From: the human T2T-CHM13v2.0 reference genome, Homo sapiens
Assembly (NCBI RefSeq): GCF_009914755.1
Contig: NC_060926.1
DNA length: 64,000 nucleotides
Direction: 5' to 3' (one strand)
This document shows positions 54,901 through 64,000 of this stretch, piece after piece. The notes below the pieces were generated by a model. It had not been told where the DNA came from. It did no database searches and saw nothing but the letters and a program-made list of their open reading frames with translations. Position numbers and translations under genes: made by a program. Every line of letters starts with the position of its first letter. Positions within the stretch are counted from its first letter, which is position 1.

Positions 54901-55077
54901 ATTTTTAGAAAAAATAATACCTTCTATATTCCTGGTTCTTTGATACAGACATTCATATTCTGATGTTTTTGCTATTAGTAGGCCTCTTCGGATTCTCAGT
55001 AGGTGCACATGACTTAGGTGTCATCAATTACGATTATAGTTTGGATTGTCTTGAAAAAATAACTTAGAATATGCATT

Positions 55078-56480
55078 CAGAGGCTACAGTAATCAAAACA
55101 GGATGGTACTGGTACAAAGACCAACACATAGACCAATGGAACAGAATAGACAACCCAGAAATAAGGCACCTCACCTACAACCATCTGATCTTCCACAAAG
55201 CTAACAAAAACAAGCAATGGGGAAAGGACTCTGTATTCAATAAATGGTGCTGGGATAACTGGCTAGCTATATTCAGAAGATTAAAACTGGGCCCTTTCTT
55301 TATACTACATAAAAATATCAACTCAAGATGGATGAAAGACTTTAATATAAGACCCAAAACTGTAAAAACCCTGGAAGACAACCTAGGAAATACCGTGCTG
55401 GACCTAGAAACTGGCAAAGATTTTATAACAAAGATCCCAAAACCACTGCAACAAAAATAAAAATTGACAAGTGGGACCTAATTAAACTAAAGAACTTCTG
55501 CAAACCAAAGGAAACTATCAACAGAACAAACAGACAATCTACAGAATATGAGAAAATATTTGCAAGCTATGCATCGAACAAAGGTCAAATATCCAGAATC
55601 TTTGAGGAACTTAAGTGTATAAACAAAAAAACAACCCATTAAAAAGTGGGCAAACGACATGAACTGACAGTTTTCAAAAGAAGACATGTATGTGACCAAC
55701 AAGCATGTGAAAACATGCTCAACATCACTGATCATTTGAGAAATGCAGATCAAAACCACCATGAGATACCATCTTACAGCAGTCAGAATGGCTATTATTA
55801 AAAAGTCAAAAAATAGCAGATGCTGGAAGGTTGTGGAGAAAAGGGAACGCTTATACATTGCTGATGAGCATGTAAATTAGTTCAGCCATTGTGGAAAACA
55901 GTGTAATGATTTCTCAAAGAACTTGAAACAGAATTAGCATTCAACCCAGCAATCCCATGTTTGAGTATATATCCAAAAGAATATAAATCACTCTACCATA
56001 AAGACACATGGACATGTATATTCATTGCAGCACCATTCACAATAGCAGACATGAAATCAACCTAAATTCCCATCAATGGTAGACTGAATAAATAAAATAT
56101 GGAACATATACACCATGAAATACTATACGGACACAAAAAAGATCATATCCTTAGCAATAACATGGATGGAGCTGGATACTACTATAGTAAGTAAAATAAC
56201 ACAGGAACAGGAAACCAAATACTGCATGCTCTCATTTGTAAGTGGGAGCTAAACAAGAACACATGAACACAAAGAGGGGAACAACAGGCACCAAGGCCTG
56301 CTTGAGGGTGGAGTCTTGGAGGAGGGAGAGGATCAGAAAAATACCCATTGGGTACTATGTTTATTCTTGGGTGATGAAATAATCTGTACACCAGTCCCCT
56401 GTGACAAGCAATTTACCTGTATAACAAAACTGCACATGCACCCCTGAACCTAACACAGAAGTTATAATAATAATAAAAAA
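55078..56480 (+). mobile_element. L1PA15/16-like, 5'-truncated, sense to the putative host gene
   Basis: ORF 55071..55460 is an ORF2 remnant ([14 protein letters not shown]). 3'UTR GGGTGATGAAATAATCTGTACACCA; tail AATAATAATAAAAAA. Confidence 0.93.
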
Positions 56481-56891
56481 GAATGCTTAAGAGTTTATGT
56501 AAGAGTAAGGGAGATAGAATGCAAGTAGAAATTATGAGGAAATATTGGAATGGCCGAGAGATACAGTGTTTTCTCCATAGTAGAGGAAGAAAATACAGTA
56601 AATTTGGAAAAGATGGCAGAAACAATTGACACATGGACAAACAACTAACAAATATATCCTGCAGAGCCAATTAAAAACTGAAATATAAAATCCAGGTCAG
56701 ATGGTTTTTATAATTGAAAAAAGACTATGGATGGCAAATAAGATGAATAAAAAAAGGATATTAGAAATATAATAAGGATAAACATAATTTAAATACGTTA
56801 AAATACATCTATAATTTTAAAAATATGAGGAGTGGAATAACCAGGAATTAAAATGACATATAGAAAAAAATCCATGTATCGGTTAGTGGGT

Positions 56892-58194
<1,303 letters not shown>

Positions 58195-58379
58195 TTAATA
58201 GCAAATTATAATAGAACCAATTACATTCGTTATATACTACTACTTTATTAGTTATGTACTTTTTTGGCTTTTGAATAAAATCATACTCTACCTTGCTTAC
58301 TTTTAACAGGGAGAGTATTTTCTTCATGTTGATTTGATTTTGGAATCTGATTTTTTTTGTTAAATCTCAATCATGGTTG

Positions 58380-58870
58380 TTTTTATTTTTTTTTATTATA
58401 CTTTAAGTTCTAGGGTACATGTGCACAACATGCAGGTTTGTTACATATGTATACATGTGCCATGTTGGTGTGCTGCACCCATTAACTTGTCATTTACATT
58501 AGGTATATCTCCTAATGCTATCCCTTCCCCCTCCCCCGACCCCACAACAGGCCCCCATGTGTGATATTCCCCTTCCTGTGTCCAAGTGTTCTCATTGTTC
58601 AATTCCTACCTATGAGTGAGAACATGCGGTGTTTGTTTTTTTGTCCTTGTGATAGTTTGCTGAGAATGATGGTTTCCAGCTTCATCCATGTCCCTACGAA
58701 GGACATGAACTCATCATTTTTTATGGCTGCATAGTATTCCATGGTGTATATGTGCCACATTTTCTTAATCCAGCCTATCATTGATGGACATTTGGGTTGG
58801 TTCCAAGTCTTTGCTATTGTGAATAGTGCCACAATAAACATACATGTGCATGTGTCTTTATAGCAGCATG
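58380..58870 (-). mobile_element. L1PA5/6-like, 5'-truncated (~0.5 kb)
   Basis: ORF2 terminal remnant at 58599-58870 plus 3'UTR; flanked by TCAATCATG repeats. Confidence 0.93.
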
Positions 58871-58885
58871 TCAATCATGATTTTT

Positions 58886-60902
58886 TAAAATTTCCAACTT
58901 TTATTTTTAAATTCAGGGGTACATGTGCAGGATGTACAGGATTGTTACATAGGTAAATGTGTTCCATTGTGGTTTGCTGCACAGATCATCCCATCACCTT
59001 TGTATTAAGCCGAGCATCCATTAGCTATTCTTCCTGATGCACTCCCTCTTCCCACCCCCACCCTCAGATAGTCCCTGGTGTATCTTGTTTGCCCCCATGT
59101 GTCTATGTGTTCTCATCCTTCAGCTTCCACTTATAAATGAGAACATGTGATATTTGGTTTTCTGTTCTGCATTAGTTTGCTGAGGATAGTGGCTTCCAGC
59201 TCCATCCATGTTCCTGCACAGGACATGATCTCATTCCTTTTTATGGCTGCATAATATTCCATGGTGTATATATACCACATTTTCTTTATCCAGTCTATTG
59301 TTGATAGACATTTAGATTGATTCCATGTCGTTGCTATTGTGAATAGTTCTGCAATGAACATGTGCCTTTATGTATCTTTATAAAAGAACAGTTTATATTC
59401 CTTTGGGTATATACCCAGTAATGAGATTGCTGGATCAAATGGCATTTCTGCCTCTAGGTCTTTGAGGAATTGCCATACTGCCTTCCACAATGGTTGAACT
59501 AATTTATACTCTCACCAACAGTATATAAGCGTTCCTTTTTCTCCACGACCTCGTCAGCATCTGTTGTTTTTTTACTTTTTAATAATAGCCATTCTTATTG
59601 GTGTGAGATGATATCTCACTGTGTTTTTGATTTGCATTTCTCTAATGATCCGTGACGTTGAGCTTTTTTTCATGTTTGTTGGCCACATGTATGTTTTCTT
59701 TTGAAAAGTGTCTGCTCATGTCCTTTGTGCACTTTTTGATGCCATTGTTTTTGGCTTGTAAATTTGCTTAAGTTCCTTATAGATGTTAGGTATTAGGCCT
59801 TTGTCAGATGGATAGATTACAAAAATTTTGTCCCATTCTGTAGGTTATCTGTTTATTTTGTTGATCATTTCTTTGCTGTGCAGAAGCTCTTTAATTTAAT
59901 TAGATTCCATTTGTCAATTTTTGCTTTTGTTGCAATTGCTTTGGCATCTTTGTCATGACATCTTGGCCTGTGCCTATGTCCTGAATGGTATTGCCTATGT
60001 TTTCTCCTAGGGGTTTTATAGTTTTGGGTATGTATTCACATATTTAATCCATCTTGAGTTGATTTTTGTATATGGTATAAGGAAGGGGTCCAGTTTCAAT
60101 TTTCTGCATATGGCTAGCCAGTTGTCCCAGCACTATTTATTAAATAGGGAATGCTTTCCCCATTGCTTGTTTTTTTCAGGTTTGTCAAAGATCAGATAGT
60201 TGTAGGTGCGCAGTCTTATTTCTGGGTTCTGCATTCTGTTCCATTGGTCTATGTGTCTGTTCTTGTACCTGTACCATGCTGTTTTGGTTACTTTAGCTGT
60301 ATAGTATAGTTTGGCATCAGGTAGCATGAAGCCTCGAGCTTTTTTTTTTTTTTTTGCTTAGGATTGTCTTGGCTATTTGGGCTCTTTTTTGGTTCCATAT
60401 GAATTTTAAAATTCTTTTTTCTGATTCTGTGAGGAATGTCAATGGTAGTTTAATGAAAATAGCATTGAATCTGTAAATTGCTTTAGGCAGGATGACCATT
60501 TTCACGATATTGATTCTTCCTATCCGTGAGCATGGAATGTTTTTCCATTTGTTTTGTGTCATCTCTGATTTCTTTTAGCAGTGCTTTGTAGTTCCCCTTG
60601 AAGAGGTCCTTTATTTCCCTTGTCAGTTGTATTTCTAAGTATTTTATTCTTTTTGTGGCAGTTGTGAATGGAAGTTCATTTGTGATTTGGTTGTATGCCT
60701 GTTGTTGGTGTATAGGAATGCTAGCGATTTTTGCACATTGATTTTGTATCCTGAAACTTTGCTGAAGTTGCTTATCAGATTAAGAAGCTTTTGGGCTGAG
60801 ATGATGGAGTTTTCTAGATTTAGGATCATGTTACCTGCAAACAAAGATAGTTTGACTTCCCCTCTTCCCATTCTAATACCCTTTATTTCTTTCTCTTGCC
60901 TG
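58886..60902 (-). mobile_element. L1PA8A-11-like, 5'-truncated (~2 kb)
   Basis: 3'UTR GCACAGATCATCCCATCACC..GTATTAAGCC.AGCATCCATTAGC and ORF2 remnants at 60133-60900; flanked by TCAATCATGATTTTT. Confidence 0.93.
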
Positions 60903-61128
60903 TCAATCATGATTTTTTTCAAATTGTGGTACACTATTAATAGGAGACAACGCTTTTCTAAAGCAGAAATCACTAAGCATCTCAGATACCTCAAGTTGCA
61001 TGTGATTTTAATTTAAATAATATAAAAAAGAATAATGTTCTAGGGTCCAAGTATATGTTTTCAATATATTAAAATTTATTTACATGAGATGAATATACAA
61101 TTTATTGGTGTTTTTTTCTTTTCTGAAG

Positions 61129-61180
61129 ATTTAATTGGATTTGAGGGAAATACAGGCTGCAATGGTGGGAATAGTTAAAA
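61129..61180 (+). other. Candidate 52-nt internal exon
   Basis: Acceptor TTTTTTTCTTTTCTGAAG| and donor AAA|GTGAGT in sequence I do not recognise as a repeat. Contains GCAATGG. Confidence 0.35.
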
Positions 61181-61679
61181 GTGAGTAGTCTTTTCCACTT
61201 TAAATAATCACTTTTAAATATGGTCCTGATGGATTTAAGGTTGTATTTGTTTAAACAAAAGCCACATATACAACTAGAAAGAGATAGTTCCTGAATTTTG
61301 GTTAAGAGTCCAGGTTTGAAAAGTTAGCCATTTTCTTCAAAAGAATGTGGAGTTTTAAAATAATTTCACATTTGAGGCAAATTCTTATCTTTCCAGAGAC
61401 TGTAATACTAGAGACTAGTAAAAGTTAGAATTTTGGAAACAGATTACTTAAATCAGGCTTCGTTTTAATGGGGAATTCTGTCTTCCTTTTCTTTCTCATT
61501 TATTCTGTTTTGTGAATAACCCTTGACAGTCCTTTGGGTCTGTTGGTCTATATTTGCACGGTTTTCATGACTGTATGCGTGCCATGTACTCACGTACACA
61601 TCGGCACAAATATCAGATGAGTCAGAAATTTAGTCCGTATCACTATTATTGGTGATTTTCTTATTACTTTAAAATAAAA

Positions 61680-62450
61680 CATATATCTTCCTCATTATTC
61701 AGATAATAAATACTATTTCTAGTTACTATATAAAATCACAAAACGCATTAGAGAAGCACAATGAAAATTCCCACATTTACACGTTTTTCCAATGCTTGTA
61801 TATGAATAAGTTAAAAAACAGTTGCAATCATAGTGCATTCATAAGTAGACATTGCAATTTTTAAAAATAGTGTCATAATATCTCTTAACTTAAAGTCTTT
61901 TCTCAATATGGGGTATTTAAAACAGTGTTCAGTGGAGAAATTACTAGTTCAAAGTATATGATAATTTTTAAGAAAATGGGTCAAAAATCTTATTTTTAAT
62001 AAACGTTATTTCTTTCCAAAAATGTTTTTACCAATTTATGTTTCTATCTGCAAAGAAAGAAAGGACCCGTTTATCCCATCTTTGCTAAAATATAATTTTG
62101 TTACAAATAGTATTTAATTTTGATTTATAGTCCTTTAATATGCACAATTATTAATTAAATTAATTAGAAGTTTTGCAGAATGATAGGGGAAATGTCACTT
62201 TGTTTACAGGTTGGCTTTTCATGTGCTTGTACACATAATGGTAATCTCTGCTTACCTGTTATATCTCGCATTATATTTTTCCTTTTCTCCTATATTTATG
62301 GCAGATTTTCTTGTTTTTTAACATCTGTGTTTTCTATTAATGGATTATACACTCCATTATATTAGTTGCTTTATATTGATTGACAAATTATCATCTTTAG
62401 CAATATTATATGACAAGTTTTCTTTGCTAATAAGAATATGAATTTTAAGT
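61680..62450 (-). mobile_element. Ancient L1ME-like fragment
   Basis: GAAATTACTAG.TCAAAG.ATATG and TTCCAAAA..GTT.TACCAATTTA; very diverged. Confidence 0.45.
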
Positions 62451-64000
62451 CCATGAGGACTTGAAACTTTTACTTTACTGTTAATTAATTGGAGAGTATT
62501 CAATATTTGGAATATTTAGTTCTTTATGTAATTATTTACTTCTTTCCTCTAATTGCCTGTCTTTTAAGGCACTTAACTTATGATTAACAACTTTACCAGG
62601 AAGTTTGCAGGAAAAAAACCGAAGCTCCAAGTCAAATTATTAAATATGTTTATATAAGCTTTAATGAGTTGTTTTGTTTTTTCCCCTGTGGAAGAAGACT
62701 ATTTCACCTATTAATACTTTATTAACTAGTTTAAGAAAAGAGTGCATTTATTCCATGGATAAGATGTTGTTAAAAATCAATCATTAAAATATGGGAGCAG
62801 ACAAATAAAACTTTGTTTACATTTGTGCAAGTTTAGTATACCTCTAGAGTACCCTGTAAAAGCCCCTTCTTCATCTCCCCTTTATGCTACTGGGGGTTCT
62901 TTTGTGTCTAGGGTTCTGTGCTTTTGTTTGACTTTATTTCACTTTCTATCCCCCATTAATTGTCAACCAGACTAGTCAGAGTGACTCTGATACAATTTTA
63001 CAAGATAATATATTATTCCTCATTATTTTTCTACAAATAAATGCCCCTGTTTTGAAATGGAAGCCTAGATAAGAAATAACCACATTATTCTACACATTTC
63101 AAAGAAAGAACACTTGTAATATATTTCTTACATATTTTGTCATGAAGAATTCAGAAGCCTTAAGGCCAACTAGGAAGCTGCAGTTTAGATTTTCTAATGG
63201 TTGGATGTCTCAGTGGAAACATTTATTTTCTTTTTAATCAGGAGATTTATGGCAGAAGATGGCCAGCTAGCTGATAGATGTCTACTGGGAACTGTCTAAA
63301 TGCTCTAGTGTTGTTTTAAATCTCTAGTTTTATATCTACTTGAACATTCTGAATTTCTCCCTTCCCCTCTTGATGACTATTAATGAACAAGCTTGAATCA
63401 TTGGTTTGCCGTGTTATAAGATGAACACTGAGCAGTCATTAAATGCTATATCAAATGAACTATGATAAATTTTTAGGTTGATGAATAGGATTTTTAAAAT
63501 CACTAAATTTCATTATGTTTTTGAGGCCCATATATTCCTTTTTAAAAGCTTTCTTTATGAGGACTTCTTAATTTCATTATATTTTAATAATAATCTATTC
63601 CTTTTAAAGTCCCAATATCATATATTTTAGGTTTTGACAACCATAGCATCTTCATAGAATGAATATCCCTAAATTCAAGCATGGCTGAAGAGAGCTATGG
63701 GTAACAAATTGCCTTGACACAGGACATCTGCCTTATAAAATGTTACTGCTTTCTAAACATTCTCTGTAAATTTATCTCCACCCTTATTTCACTCACTCTA
63801 TGGCCAAGTATTGTTTGTCACTTCATTCTCTCAACATTTGTAGTTATGTATAAAAACTATCTGTTAGGAGTTTTACATATTGGAATTACTCCATATGTTT
63901 CATACATCATTTTCTTATCCCTAATCCACTGCTTTTGTATATCTCCCCTCCTGGATCCTAAGACAAAAGGCAGGAATTGTGTCTTGTTGTCTGTTTTGTT

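Noticed and set aside
63220-63320. Acceptor-like site at 63241 followed by ATGGCAGAAGATGGC
   Set aside because: The frame stops after 23 codons and no good donor follows.

Overview
This is primate genomic DNA, almost certainly human, because it carries an AluYa5 and an L1PA2-like element. A ~2.2 kb CpG island at ~5.8-8.1 kb looks like the promoter of a + strand gene. It holds a probable non-coding first exon (donor at 6703/6704, 21-codon uORF) and a probable alternative first exon (donor at 7130/7131). The remaining ~56 kb reads as an AT-rich, transposon-dense first intron in which most L1s are antisense to the gene. I found no recognisable host coding exon, so the gene is left unnamed. The only convincing protein-like ORFs are L1 ORF1/ORF2 remnants and a Tigger-type transposase fragment. 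I see no evidence for a new multi-gene system. The best oddities are structural: two L1s of different age sharing one triplicated target site, a twin-primed inverted L1, a templated fold-back hairpin inside an L2 tail, a 91-bp non-TE local duplication, candidate small 5'UTR exons, TSD copies that turned into microsatellites, a MADE1/miR-548-type hairpin and a deep TE nest. Subfamily calls and boundaries of old repeats were made by eye and are approximate.
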